Part shown: piece by piece, positions 15,773-24,698 of the stretch | Numbering within the stretch: position 1 is the first letter of the stretch | How the letters are laid out: each line of letters starts with the position of its first letter | Assembly (NCBI GenBank): GCA_964368975.1 | Contig: CAYJDP010000002.1 | Span: 2,039 to 34,431 of the forward strand | Source: an uncultured Muribaculaceae bacterium | Lineage (GTDB): Bacteria; Bacillota_I; Bacilli_A; RF39; UBA660 | Direction: 5' to 3' | DNA length: 32,393 nucleotides | Program-made: the position numbers and the translations under genes | The notes under the pieces: generated by a model | What the model saw: only the letters and a program-made list of their open reading frames with translations | Told to the model about the DNA's origin: nothing | Databases searched by the model: none

Positions 15773-16844
15773 ATGTATAATCAGAAAGATTACCTGTACA
15801 ATGTTTTAATGGATCCATTTCACAAGTTGGAATAAATCCTGGTACTGCATTAATTACATCAGGTATTCTATTTACTACTGTTGCACATGTTAATTCTACA
15901 GTATTAGGTCTGTTTATAATCATTGTTGTTTCTGGCTCTCCTTCTATAGTCCATTCATTTTTATCAAATTCTGATTCTGAATAAACTTTTCCAATACATT
16001 CACTTTCAATAATTATTCCTTCTTCTGTTTCTGTAGTTACTACAGCACTCATTCCAGTAGCGTGACCTTTTGGAATAGTCATATTTAGGGTAGATGAGTT
16101 TATATCAGTATCACTAACTTGTGGGATACATTTTTGTGTTTGTGCTATTACATTTAGTCCTAGACAATCTGCAAGCCAACCATTTACATTCCACATATAA
16201 GATGGTAAGAATTTTCCTTCCATAATTGTTTTTAGTCTTTCATCTTCACTTACATTATCAGCACTTGCTATTTGTTTATCGAATTCTTCAAGTGATAAAC
16301 CTGCTCCATGAGCTTGAGCTAAAGCAATACCATAATCTTCTACATTATAAGAAGAACTTCCTTTAATTTTAATTATTTTATGAGTTGCTCCTGCAAGATT
16401 TGCAATTAGATTACCCCAAAATACATCTTGATATCCACTTCCTGTAATTGTACAGTTATTATCTTCTGCTAAATTATTTATTTTTTCTGTTAATACTGGA
16501 TTTGAGTTCCAAGAGAATAAGGCTTCTTCACATGTTGTAATAGCATTTATTCCAAGTTTTGCACAGATCATTAAAGCATCTTCTATATCAGTAAGTAGAC
16601 TCATTGTAGTTACTAAACATACATCAGGTTTAGTTTTTTTCATCATAGCTTCTGCATCTTTAACACTGGTTATTTTTACTCCTATATCTTTTCCACCTAA
16701 AACTGTGGAAATATCTTTTCCGATTAAACTTTCATTGGAATCAACTGCCCCAACTATTTCACAGCCTTTTTCTATAGCATATTTCATAGTATATAATGAC
16801 ATTTTTCCTGTACCATATTGTACTATTTTAATTTTTTCTTTCAT
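15768..16844 (-). CDS. NAD(P)-binding oxidoreductase, DapB-N-like / 2,4-diaminopentanoate dehydrogenase (amine dehydrogenase)-like family
   Basis: AGGAGGA RBS. N-terminal Rossmann signature KIVQYGTGKMS, size about 358 aa, and overall resemblance to the roughly 350 aa DapB-like amine dehydrogenases as I remember them. Substrate unknown. Confidence 0.55.
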   Translation of the reverse strand: MKEKIKIVQYGTGKMSLYTMKYAIEKGCEIVGAVDSNESLIGKDISTVLGGKDIGVKITSVKDAEAMMKKTKPDVCLVTTMSLLTDIEDALMICAKLGINAITTCEEALFSWNSNPVLTEKINNLAEDNNCTITGSGYQDVFWGNLIANLAGATHKIIKIKGSSSYNVEDYGIALAQAHGAGLSLEEFDKQIASADNVSEDERLKTIMEGKFLPSYMWNVNGWLADCLGLNVIAQTQKCIPQVSDTDINSSTLNMTIPKGHATGMSAVVTTETEEGIIIESECIGKVYSESEFDKNEWTIEGEPETTMIINRPNTVELTCATVVNRIPDVINAVPGFIPTCEMDPLKHCTGNLSDYTY

Positions 16845-16891
16845 ATATATCCTCCTATAATTAATCTACCCTATAAATAGATTTTATGCAA

Positions 16892-16921
16892 TAAAAAAGC
16901 AAACATTTGAGTGTTTGCTTT
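16892..16921 (-). terminator. Rho-independent terminator of the 16925..17659 gene
   Basis: AGCAAACA (16898-16905) pairs with TGTTTGCT (16912-16919). The A-run on the plus strand is the T-run on the minus strand. Confidence 0.7.
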
Positions 16922-16924
16922 ACA

Positions 16925-17659
16925 TTAAGGAGTTATTGTTGTATCTGTTTCTGGTGTAGTTGGTATTTCTGGTTCTACATCTGGAATTACAGGTGATACT
17001 TCAACTTCTGGTTGTACTGGTAGATTTGGTTCATATACATCTATTGTTCCTGTATACATTCTATTATTATATGTTACTGTATATTGATATGTACCTGCTA
17101 TATTTGTATTTACTTTAGTAATATCTAAAGTAATTAAATTTATTATTTCTGGTGTTAATACTTCTGCAATATAAGTAGATAATTCTTTTGATAAAATAGT
17201 ATTAGTTTCTACAGATAAAGATTTTAGTGTTAATGTATCTATTGAATTTTGTTCTTCATCTATTACTGTTACTTGTCCATTATAAATTGTTTTATCTTTT
17301 ATAATGGTATATGTATATATTCCTGCTTGATTAGGATTTACATCTGAAATGTTTAATTCTAAATCATTGATTAATTCACTATCTAGTAAATTACCATCTA
17401 CTAAATAATCCATTACATTAATACTTAGTTGTTCTCCTGTTTTTATTTCTATTTCTTTTAATATTATTTCATTTGAAGAGTTAGTTGAAACTCTTTTTTG
17501 TGTTATATTTATTGTTTTTACAATATCTTCAGTTATTGGTTTATCTATTATTAACATAGTTGTACCACTACCTATGAATATTAATCCCCAAGTAGTAATA
17601 GCTCCTATAATCATAAATTTATTTTTAGTAGATAAATCTTTATATTTAATTATTTTCAT
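16925..17659 (-). CDS. N-terminally anchored surface protein with two tandem Ig-like repeats and a Pro/Glu/Thr-rich C-terminal tail
   Basis: GAGGGA RBS and TM helix FMIIGAITTWGLIFIGSGTTMLII. Two roughly 80 aa repeats end in ...NQAGIYTYTIIKDKTIYNGQVTVIDE and ...NIAGTYQYTVTYNNRMYTGTIDVYEP. The tail is PVQPEVEVSPVIPDVEPEIPTTPETD. Confidence 0.75.
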   Translation of the reverse strand: MKIIKYKDLSTKNKFMIIGAITTWGLIFIGSGTTMLIIDKPITEDIVKTINITQKRVSTNSSNEIILKEIEIKTGEQLSINVMDYLVDGNLLDSELINDLELNISDVNPNQAGIYTYTIIKDKTIYNGQVTVIDEEQNSIDTLTLKSLSVETNTILSKELSTYIAEVLTPEIINLITLDITKVNTNIAGTYQYTVTYNNRMYTGTIDVYEPNLPVQPEVEVSPVIPDVEPEIPTTPETDTTITP

Positions 17660-17730
17660 ATAGTAATCCCTCTCTATTATATATTTATAATTATAATATA
17701 TTTTTTTTTATAATACAAGTTTTAATTTTA

Positions 17731-17759
17731 TTGATTTTTTGTGTTTTAAAGAGTATACT
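17731..17759 (+). promoter_or_regulatory. Sigma-A-type promoter of the nfeD-SPFH operon
   Basis: TTGATT (17731-17736), 17 nt spacer, TATACT (17754-17759). It lies within the track's N-terminal extension of the next ORF. Confidence 0.55.
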
Positions 17760-17780
17760 TTAGTAAAGGAGTTAAATTTT

Positions 17781-18191
17781 ATGAGTATTTGGTTATTATT
17801 ATTTATTATTTTATTAATTGTTGAACTTGCTACTGTTAATTTAGTTACAATTTGGTTTGCTATTGGATGTATCGCTTCATACATTACTTCATTTTTTATA
17901 GATAGTTGGATTATTCAATTAGTAATATTTATTTTTATTAGTACTGTTACTTTATTACTTACTAAACCTATAATTAAGAAAGTTAAAAAGGGTATTATTG
18001 AGAATAAAGATATTATTATTGATAAAATTGGTATTGTTACTGAAGATATTGATGATTTAGGAAATGGTAGAGTAATTATAGATGGTATTACTTGGAAAGC
18101 TGTTAGTAATAAAGTAATTGAAAAAAATAGTAAAATTGTAGTAAAAGATATTGATGGGATTAAACTTTTAGTTGAAAAAAGGAGAGATTAG
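17781..18191 (+). CDS. NfeD-family membrane protein
   Basis: AAAGGAG RBS before the ATG at 17781. Two or three TM helices, then a C-terminal OB-like domain (GRVIIDGITWKAVS...). It lies immediately upstream of an SPFH gene, the canonical pairing. Confidence 0.85.
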   Translation: MSIWLLLFIILLIVELATVNLVTIWFAIGCIASYITSFFIDSWIIQLVIFIFISTVTLLLTKPIIKKVKKGIIENKDIIIDKIGIVTEDIDDLGNGRVIIDGITWKAVSNKVIEKNSKIVVKDIDGIKLLVEKRRD

Positions 18192-18193
18192 TT

Positions 18194-19081
18194 ATGTGGA
18201 TTATTTTTATAATTATTTTAGTTTTAGTTATTTCAGGTATTAGAATTATACCTCAATCAACTGCGAAAGTAGTTGAAAGATTAGGGTCTTACAAAAGTAC
18301 TTTAAATAATGGAGTACATTATGTAATACCGATTATTGATAGAGTTGCGAATACAGTTAGTTTAAAGGAAACAGTTAAGGATTTTGTTCCTCAATCTGTT
18401 ATTACTAAAGATAATGTTACTATGCATATAGATACAGTTGTATATTATAGAATTACTGATCCTAAGTTATATACTTATGGAGTGGATTATCCAATTAATG
18501 CAATTGAGAATTTAACTGCTACAACATTAAGAAATATTATTGGGGAATTAGAGTTGGATGAAACTTTAACTTCAAGAGATGCGATTAATGACAAGATGAG
18601 ATTAATCTTAGATGAGGCTACTGATCAATGGGGAATTAAAGTTATTAGAGTAGAAGTTAAAAATATTTTACCACCTAAAGATATTCAAGATGCTATGGAA
18701 AAACAAATGAGAGCCGAAAGAGAAAGACGTGAGTCAATTCTTAGAGCAGAAGGTGAGAAAAAAGCCGCTATTTTAATTGCAGAAGGTGAAAAACAAAGTG
18801 CTATTTTAAGAGCAGAAGCTAAGAAAGAAACTCAAATTAGAGAGGCTGAAGGAGAAGCTGAAGCTATTCTTTCTGTTCAAGCTGCTAATGCTCAGGGGTT
18901 AAAACTTTTAAAGGATGTTAATATGGATGAAGCTATATTAAAATATAAGAGTTATGAAGCAATGGTTGAGGTTAGTAAAGGTAATGCAACTAAAATAATT
19001 GTTCCTAGTGATTTACAAAATTTAGTTACTACAGGTACTATTTTAGGCGATACTATTGGAATAGACAAAAAAGAGCAATAA
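18194..19081 (+). CDS. SPFH/Band 7 (stomatin-like, slipin) protein
   Basis: N-terminal TM helix and an SPFH core (IIPQSTAKVVERLGSY...TKDNV...YRITDP). The coiled-coil tail has repeated AEGEK/RAEA motifs typical of stomatin/HflC-like proteins. Confidence 0.92.
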   Translation: MWIIFIIILVLVISGIRIIPQSTAKVVERLGSYKSTLNNGVHYVIPIIDRVANTVSLKETVKDFVPQSVITKDNVTMHIDTVVYYRITDPKLYTYGVDYPINAIENLTATTLRNIIGELELDETLTSRDAINDKMRLILDEATDQWGIKVIRVEVKNILPPKDIQDAMEKQMRAERERRESILRAEGEKKAAILIAEGEKQSAILRAEAKKETQIREAEGEAEAILSVQAANAQGLKLLKDVNMDEAILKYKSYEAMVEVSKGNATKIIVPSDLQNLVTTGTILGDTIGIDKKEQ

Positions 19082-19093
19082 AGCTCTTTTTTT
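19067..19093. terminator. Bidirectional terminator between convergent genes
   Basis: AAGAGC (19071-19076) pairs with GCTCTT (19083-19088), followed by T-run 19087-19093. Confidence 0.6.
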
Positions 19094-20024
19094 ATGTATA
19101 TATTCCTTGGTAAGTATCTTGTTTTTTCATTTCTTTATCTATATCATTTAGTACACAGAACTTTTTTGTTAGCCAAATTGGTTCAATTAAATCATCTAAT
19201 TTAGGATCTCCTGTTATTCTATGAATTACAATTTCTTTTCTTAAATATTTAAGTTGTTCTACTACTGTTGTTATATATTCTTCTTTAGAAAGAATTTTAA
19301 ATGGTTTTTCATTATATAGTTTTGCTAGTTTTGTATCTTTTGTAATACTTAGCATATGTATTTTTATACCTTGAATATCTAAGTTATTTAAATGTTTTAC
19401 AGTATTAATCATATCTTCTTGTGATTCATAAGGAAGTCCATTTATTATGTGAACTATAGTAGTAATATTTCTTTTTCTTAGTTCTTTTACCATATTATCA
19501 AAACATTCTAGAGAGTGACATCTATTTATTAATTGATTTGTCTTTTCTTTGATGGTTTGTAGTCCTAATTCAATAGTTAGGTTAGTTCTTTTATTTAAAT
19601 CTTCTAAATAATCTAAGCACTCGTCTGAAATTGAATCTGGTCTTGTTGATATGTTTAGACCTACTACGTTTTCTATTTTTAATACTGGTTCATATAATTC
19701 TTTTAATTTTTCAATAGGAGCATGTGTATTAGTTCTTGCTTGGAAGTAAGCTATATATTTAGCATTTGGCCATTTATTATGCATTACTTTTTTTATTTTA
19801 CTAAATTGTTCTATAACATTATCATTTATATTACCAGCATATTCTCCAGCGCCTTCTTTATTACAAAAAATACATCCTCCATATCCTGTTGTTCCATCAA
19901 TATTAGGGCAAGTAAATCCTCCGTTTAGACTTACTTTAAATACTTTAGAATTATATTTTTGTTTGTAATAATAATTTAGTGTATGATATCTTTTATTATC
20001 TAATGTGTATTTAAAATTATTCAT
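19092..20024 (-). CDS. TIGR01212-family radical SAM protein (YhcC/YtqA-like)
   Basis: FTCPNIDGTTGYGGCIFC is the family-specific cluster motif. Size about 310 aa, with the TIM-barrel-like remainder. Confidence 0.88.
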   Translation of the reverse strand: MNNFKYTLDNKRYHTLNYYYKQKYNSKVFKVSLNGGFTCPNIDGTTGYGGCIFCNKEGAGEYAGNINDNVIEQFSKIKKVMHNKWPNAKYIAYFQARTNTHAPIEKLKELYEPVLKIENVVGLNISTRPDSISDECLDYLEDLNKRTNLTIELGLQTIKEKTNQLINRCHSLECFDNMVKELRKRNITTIVHIINGLPYESQEDMINTVKHLNNLDIQGIKIHMLSITKDTKLAKLYNEKPFKILSKEEYITTVVEQLKYLRKEIVIHRITGDPKLDDLIEPIWLTKKFCVLNDIDKEMKKQDTYQGIYT

Positions 20025-21180
20025 AAGTACCTTTCGTAATTGTGTATAAATAGATTGCTTTTAATAATTCATAAGGGAACAAATTAGCATCAAATATAGC
20101 TTTATCAAAATCATAATTAACTAATGCTTGGTATTTTTTTATAAGGGGTTTGTTTCTAGATGTTTTTAATTCATATTTTAGTTTTTTCTTTATTAATCTA
20201 TTTAATTTATTATGATTATATATTTTTGTTTCATCTATATTAAAGTAATATGCTAAATCTTCAATTAAAATATGAAAGAATTTATTATTTATAGAAGAGT
20301 GTGATATTAGGGTTTTTGTTATCTTTTTTAATATAGGTTTTTTATTGATAATTGTATCTAAATTTTTAATATATTTGTCAATATATTTATTTGTATTTTT
20401 TTCTATACTACCTAGTTTAAAGGTGTATTTTTTTCCTTCGTATTTATTAAATACTTTCATTGTATCATTATATCCGAACTTTATATTTCTTTTTATACCT
20501 TCTTGGGATAAATCTAATAAAGTGCATAATTTATTATTTGGTTTAATTATAGTAGTAGGTATTCTTTTTTTAGTTATTCTTTTAAATCCTATAGCTTTTA
20601 AATCAACTGCTATTATTTCAGTTGCTTTCATATCAATTGCTAAATTAATAGGTAGGTTATCGTAGTATCCACCATCTATATATTTATGACCATCAATCTC
20701 TTTAGATTTAAAAGCTGGATAACAAGAGCAAGATGCTATAATATAGTCGAATAGTTTATCTTTTGGTATTTTATCTTTTGTAAAGTAAGTTGATTTTCTT
20801 GATGTAAGGTTAGTTGCTACTAAACCATAATGTATTTTAGAATTATAAAATTTATTTACATTTAAGTATTTTTTTGCTAGATTTTCTAAATTATCTGAAT
20901 TTAGTCCATCGTTATTTATAACGTTTTTAAGACTTAATTTTAATAAGCCAAGATTGGATACATCAGCATGATGTGTGTCATATAACAATTTATTATTTAA
21001 TTTTTTCCACATATTTTTTGCTTTTCTATAATTATTTTGTGTCATTAATGCTGCATTAATTGAACCAATAGATGTTCCTGTTACTATATCATATTTTATA
21101 TTTAATTTTTTTAATGCTTTCCAAGCTCCGATTTGATATGCGCCTTTTCCGCCACCGCCTGCTAATACAATTGCTTTCAT
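20017..21180 (-). CDS. Patatin-like phospholipase
   Basis: Oxyanion box LAGGGGKGAY, nucleophile elbow GTSIGS and catalytic Asp box IDGGYYDN. The stop overlaps the downstream radical SAM start by 8 nt. Confidence 0.9.
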   Translation of the reverse strand: MKAIVLAGGGGKGAYQIGAWKALKKLNIKYDIVTGTSIGSINAALMTQNNYRKAKNMWKKLNNKLLYDTHHADVSNLGLLKLSLKNVINNDGLNSDNLENLAKKYLNVNKFYNSKIHYGLVATNLTSRKSTYFTKDKIPKDKLFDYIIASCSCYPAFKSKEIDGHKYIDGGYYDNLPINLAIDMKATEIIAVDLKAIGFKRITKKRIPTTIIKPNNKLCTLLDLSQEGIKRNIKFGYNDTMKVFNKYEGKKYTFKLGSIEKNTNKYIDKYIKNLDTIINKKPILKKITKTLISHSSINNKFFHILIEDLAYYFNIDETKIYNHNKLNRLIKKKLKYELKTSRNKPLIKKYQALVNYDFDKAIFDANLFPYELLKAIYLYTITKGTYE

Positions 21181-21214
21181 TTAAATCACCTGGAGAAATT
21201 ATATCATATTTTTA

Positions 21215-21244
21215 TTGATTTTTGTAGTGTTTTGTTGTTATACT
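21215..21244 (+). promoter_or_regulatory. Sigma-A-type promoter of the VanY-like gene
   Basis: TTGATT (21215-21220), 18 nt spacer, TATACT (21239-21244). The track's TTG start at 21215 is in fact the -35 box. Confidence 0.5.
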
Positions 21245-21265
21245 TTAATTAAAGTAGGTGATAGT

Positions 21266-22393
21266 ATGGTTAAGAAAAAAAGGTATAAATTAAAGGGTCC
21301 AGTGGCTTTATTCTGTAAGATATTTATTTTTATTGTAGTAGTTTTTGTTGGTATATTAATCTTTTATTTAGTTAATCTTAATAGTTTAATGGATCTTTCT
21401 TATAGTGAGGATGCTAGTAGAGAAATTTTATTTGAATTTAAAAAAGATTATGTTATGAAAATAGGGGAAAATAAAACTTTAAACGCAGCTTTTGAAAGTA
21501 AAGACAGAATTGAATCTAATTATGATTTTTATAGTGATATTGAATATCAAGATCAAGAAAATATTATTAAAAATATAAATGAATTATTAAAAAAAGGTTA
21601 TAATACAGATGATATTTCTACTATTTTGGCACATGGTAGTGATAGTGAAGTTACTGAATTTGCAAAAAGAGAAAAAATAAAATATTTAGATGAATTTTAT
21701 CAATATGATTTTGCTAATATATCTTTATATGATAGATATGTTGCATATACAGAAGAAACAGGTGAAGATAATGAAATTGCAATATTACATGTAAATCTTA
21801 ATTTAGATAAGGTAATGTATGATGATGCAGTTTTAGTAGATGAATTTAGTGAATTAATGTTAGTTAATAAGTATAACTTTTTAGGAGAAGATTTTATTCC
21901 TGATGACTTAATAAAATTTGATGAAGATTATGCAAGTAGTGATGATATTAGAGCTAATGAAGCGGTAGTTGATGCTTTTAGTAAAATGGCAGATGAAGCT
22001 TTATTGGAAGGGTATAATTTGATTGTTAATTCCGGATATAGAAGTTATCAAGAACAGTTAGATATTATTGATACATATTATAATTTATACGGACAAAGTT
22101 ATATAGATAATTATGTTGCAAAAGCCGGTTTTTCTGAGCATCAGACTGGTTTGGGAATTGATGTTGGTAGTCGTGATACTAAGATATTTGCAGAGAGTGA
22201 TGAATATAAATGGATGGTTGATAATGCTCATAAATATGGGTTTATTTTAAGATTTCCTGAGTGGGGAGAAGAAATAACATTGTTTAATAACGAACCTTGG
22301 CATTATCGTTATGTTGGAGTCCCTGCAGCTACATATATTTATGAAAATGATATGACTTTTGAAGAATATTATGTTAAAGTTTTAAATAAATAA
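21266..22393 (+). CDS. D-alanyl-D-alanine carboxypeptidase, VanY / M15B family, membrane anchored
   Basis: AGGTGA RBS before the ATG at 21266. One TM helix. Zn-ligand and active-site boxes SGYRSYQEQ, SEHQTGLGIDV and EPWHYRYVG are present. Confidence 0.9.
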   Translation: MVKKKRYKLKGPVALFCKIFIFIVVVFVGILIFYLVNLNSLMDLSYSEDASREILFEFKKDYVMKIGENKTLNAAFESKDRIESNYDFYSDIEYQDQENIIKNINELLKKGYNTDDISTILAHGSDSEVTEFAKREKIKYLDEFYQYDFANISLYDRYVAYTEETGEDNEIAILHVNLNLDKVMYDDAVLVDEFSELMLVNKYNFLGEDFIPDDLIKFDEDYASSDDIRANEAVVDAFSKMADEALLEGYNLIVNSGYRSYQEQLDIIDTYYNLYGQSYIDNYVAKAGFSEHQTGLGIDVGSRDTKIFAESDEYKWMVDNAHKYGFILRFPEWGEEITLFNNEPWHYRYVGVPAATYIYENDMTFEEYYVKVLNK

Positions 22394-22394
22394 A

Positions 22395-22427
22395 AAATAG
22401 CAATACTATAAAGTGTTGCTATTTTTA
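22395..22427. terminator. Bidirectional terminator
   Basis: AATAGCAATAC (22396-22406) pairs with GTGTTGCTATT (22413-22423), one G-U pair, followed by a T-run. Confidence 0.65.
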
Positions 22428-23428
22428 TATCTTGATAATTCTGCTATTTCTAGAGTAATTAATTCTTTGTTATCTTTATCATTTAATATTATACGAGTAT
22501 TTGGATAATCGCTTTTATAAGTGGAAGAAATATATCCTTTTATTTTAATATTTAGTATTTCTAAATTAAAAGTATAGTCACTTAATAAATTATTAGTGGT
22601 TTTAGTTTCAAAAATTGTATTGTGATAATATGCTGCTAGTAATATATCCTCGTTTATGTTTTGGTTATGTATAATTTTATAATAGTTATTTAATCCTAAA
22701 ATAATGTCATCAATTAATTTTTGATTATCTGATGGATTAAAGTTTTCTTGTTGATAAAGTATATATAATTTATTTATATTATTAATTAACGTTGTAGCAT
22801 TAGATAAGTCATTATCTATTTTTAGTAATTCGTCTATTATGATACTTATTTTTGGGTTATATCGAAATTCTTTTATTGATTCGATGTCTATTATTTCTGA
22901 TAGTGTATAAATAATAGGCATTAGGTTGCTATATCCATTTCCTTGTTTACTGTTATATTCGTTTGTATATAATTGATTAGTTAGTTCTATTAATAAGTGT
23001 TCTGTTGTTGAGTAGTTGTTGTAATTAGTTAATAAGTGAGCATTTTCATGATAAATAGATTCAGATGTCTGATTATAAATTGTTATATTATTTTGATATC
23101 TATTATATTCTCCACCTACTAATTTGTTTGTTTCTTTATAATCAATTGTTACTGTATTAAATATTTCTTTTATTGAGGTGAAACTAATATATTTTTGATT
23201 TTCTATTATTTCTGTTTGTAATAATAATAGATTTTCTTTTTCTAATGGCGTTAAGTTAATATTTGTATTTATGGCAGTGATTAAATCTTCTATATTTTTT
23301 TCTTCTTTATTAATAGTTGTAATATTAGAAGAAATTGAATCCATATAATATTTCATTTCTATAGGTCTTTGATATATAAATGCTGATATTATAAGAATTA
23401 TTATTGAAAATATTATTGTTTTTTTCAT
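22406..23428 (-). CDS. Exported protein with conserved HExxH core, putative zincin-like metallopeptidase, paralog A
   Basis: GAAAGGA RBS and signal/anchor MKKTIIFSIIILIISAFIY. The core is GGEYNRYQNNITIY...YHENAHLLTNYN (HENAH at 23036-23050), with conserved Glu at +12 and +17 after the second His. It is collinear with the upstream paralog. Confidence 0.6.
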   Translation of the reverse strand: MKKTIIFSIIILIISAFIYQRPIEMKYYMDSISSNITTINKEEKNIEDLITAINTNINLTPLEKENLLLLQTEIIENQKYISFTSIKEIFNTVTIDYKETNKLVGGEYNRYQNNITIYNQTSESIYHENAHLLTNYNNYSTTEHLLIELTNQLYTNEYNSKQGNGYSNLMPIIYTLSEIIDIESIKEFRYNPKISIIIDELLKIDNDLSNATTLINNINKLYILYQQENFNPSDNQKLIDDIILGLNNYYKIIHNQNINEDILLAAYYHNTIFETKTTNNLLSDYTFNLEILNIKIKGYISSTYKSDYPNTRIILNDKDNKELITLEIAELSRYKNSNTL

Positions 23429-23439
23429 ATAAATCCTTT

Positions 23440-24573
23440 CTATTTTGTATATGTTTTTTGAAATTGATTGTTATTTATTGTTATTAACTCTAATTTATTT
23501 GTTCCTTTTGTTGTAGTATAATTTATCTCGTAGAATGAATTAGGCATTTTTTCTTTGTATGTTGGTGATACATGACCTTTATATCCTTTAGAAACTATAA
23601 TTGGTTCTATATTTTGATTTAAATCTGTAATATATGTTTTTGCATATTCTAGTAATGTGTTTTTTGTTTCTTTTGTTTCAAAGATAGTATCGTAAAAATA
23701 TAAAGATATTTCTGGATTATTTATCATGTCTTCATTGTGCTTTTTTTTATAATAATGATTTAAGTCTTCTAATACGTCTAGTATTAATTCATTGTTAGTT
23801 AATTCTTTAGCACTAGAAGAATTTATGTATTCTTTAAATAATTTATTTATATTAGTTATTAAAGATTCTGCTTGGAAATAATTGTTATCTAGTAGAAGTA
23901 ATTCATCTATAATTATTTTTATTTGCGGATTATATCTGTATTCTTTTATTTTTTCTTCTGGTAATATTTCAGATAAGGTATAAATAATAGGCATTAAATC
24001 TTTATAACCAACGCATTCTGTATAAGAATATTCTTTAGTAAAAAGTTGATTTGTTAACTCCAATAATGCTTGTTCTGTAATCCATGTTTTATTATAATTT
24101 GTTAATAAATGAGCATATTCATGATAAAGGATTTCGTCTGATGTGAATTTTGAATCAGTATTATTTATAAAAAAATCTATTTTATTTGTATTTTTATTAT
24201 AAATTCCTCCTGTGTTATCATTAGTGCCTTTAGAATAATTAATTTCTAAAGAGGACAACCTTTCTGTTAATTCATTTTCATTTAAATAAGTTGTACTATT
24301 ATTTATTTCTTCAGTTAATCTTAGAATTGACAATATTTCATTTTTTGATAAATTAGGATTGTTATTTAGTGATTCTATGAATTCAGTTATACTAAGTAAA
24401 TCTTCTTGTGTTGTAGAAGATATTGGAGTCAATTGATCATATAAATATTTTATGGTAGTAGACTCTTCTTCTAATAAATATATTAAAGATAAACAAGTTG
24501 CAAAGAATGTTATATTTTGTTTAAAACTTATTTTTGGTAATTTTTTATTGAACTTAATTTTCTGTTCTTTCAT
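23440..24573 (-). CDS. Exported protein with conserved HExxH core, putative zincin-like metallopeptidase, paralog B
   Basis: ATG at 24573 is preceded by AGGGGAAAA. The core is GGIYNKNTNKIDFF...YHEYAHLLTNYN (HEYAH at 24109-24123). A strong promoter sits inside the track's upstream extension, so the TTG at 24633 is rejected. Confidence 0.6.
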   Translation of the reverse strand: MKEQKIKFNKKLPKISFKQNITFFATCLSLIYLLEEESTTIKYLYDQLTPISSTTQEDLLSITEFIESLNNNPNLSKNEILSILRLTEEINNSTTYLNENELTERLSSLEINYSKGTNDNTGGIYNKNTNKIDFFINNTDSKFTSDEILYHEYAHLLTNYNKTWITEQALLELTNQLFTKEYSYTECVGYKDLMPIIYTLSEILPEEKIKEYRYNPQIKIIIDELLLLDNNYFQAESLITNINKLFKEYINSSSAKELTNNELILDVLEDLNHYYKKKHNEDMINNPEISLYFYDTIFETKETKNTLLEYAKTYITDLNQNIEPIIVSKGYKGHVSPTYKEKMPNSFYEINYTTTKGTNKLELITINNNQFQKTYTK

Positions 24574-24604
24574 AAATTTTCCCCTGACGTTTTTGATAGG
24601 GCAT

Positions 24605-24633
24605 ATTATATCATAAATTGTCTGTAAAATCAA
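24605..24633 (-). promoter_or_regulatory. Sigma-A-type promoter of the HExxH paralog pair
   Basis: On the minus strand: TTGATT (24633-24628), 17 nt spacer, TATAAT (24610-24605). Confidence 0.6.
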
Positions 24634-24644
24634 GAAATTATTAC

Positions 24645-24673
24645 TTGGAAATCTTTTTTTTTTATGTTATTAT
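24645..24673 (+). promoter_or_regulatory. Promoter of the GH31 gene (divergent)
   Basis: TTGGAA (24645-24650), 17 nt spacer ending in TG, TATTAT (24668-24673). Confidence 0.45.
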
Positions 24674-24698
24674 ATATATAGAATAAGAAGGTGTATAT

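Noticed and set aside
19722-19928. A 68 aa ORF antisense to the radical SAM gene
   Set aside because: It is embedded in a well-supported gene. The peptide is hydrophobic and low-complexity, as is typical of out-of-frame AT-rich sequence, and it has no translation signals.
20345-20665. A 106 aa ORF antisense to the patatin gene
   Set aside because: It is embedded in a well-supported gene, its F/L/I-rich composition is an artefact of the complement of K/N/E codons, and there is no RBS.
19092-21180. The patatin-like lipase as a possible phage-defence effector (as in CBASS-type systems)
   Set aside because: No cyclase, sensor or other defence partner is adjacent. It overlaps a housekeeping-type TIGR01212 radical SAM gene and looks like an ordinary lipid-metabolism gene.
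2703-24633. Upstream start codons offered by the ORF track for several genes (2703, 3019, 5499, 6120, 7912, 9080, 10811, 17739, 21215, 24633, 27736, 30239)
   Set aside because: In each case an internal ATG, or GTG for 3067, has a good Shine-Dalgarno at proper spacing. For 3019, 5499, 17739, 21215 and 24633, promoter hexamers lie inside the proposed extension, so the longer forms are unlikely.
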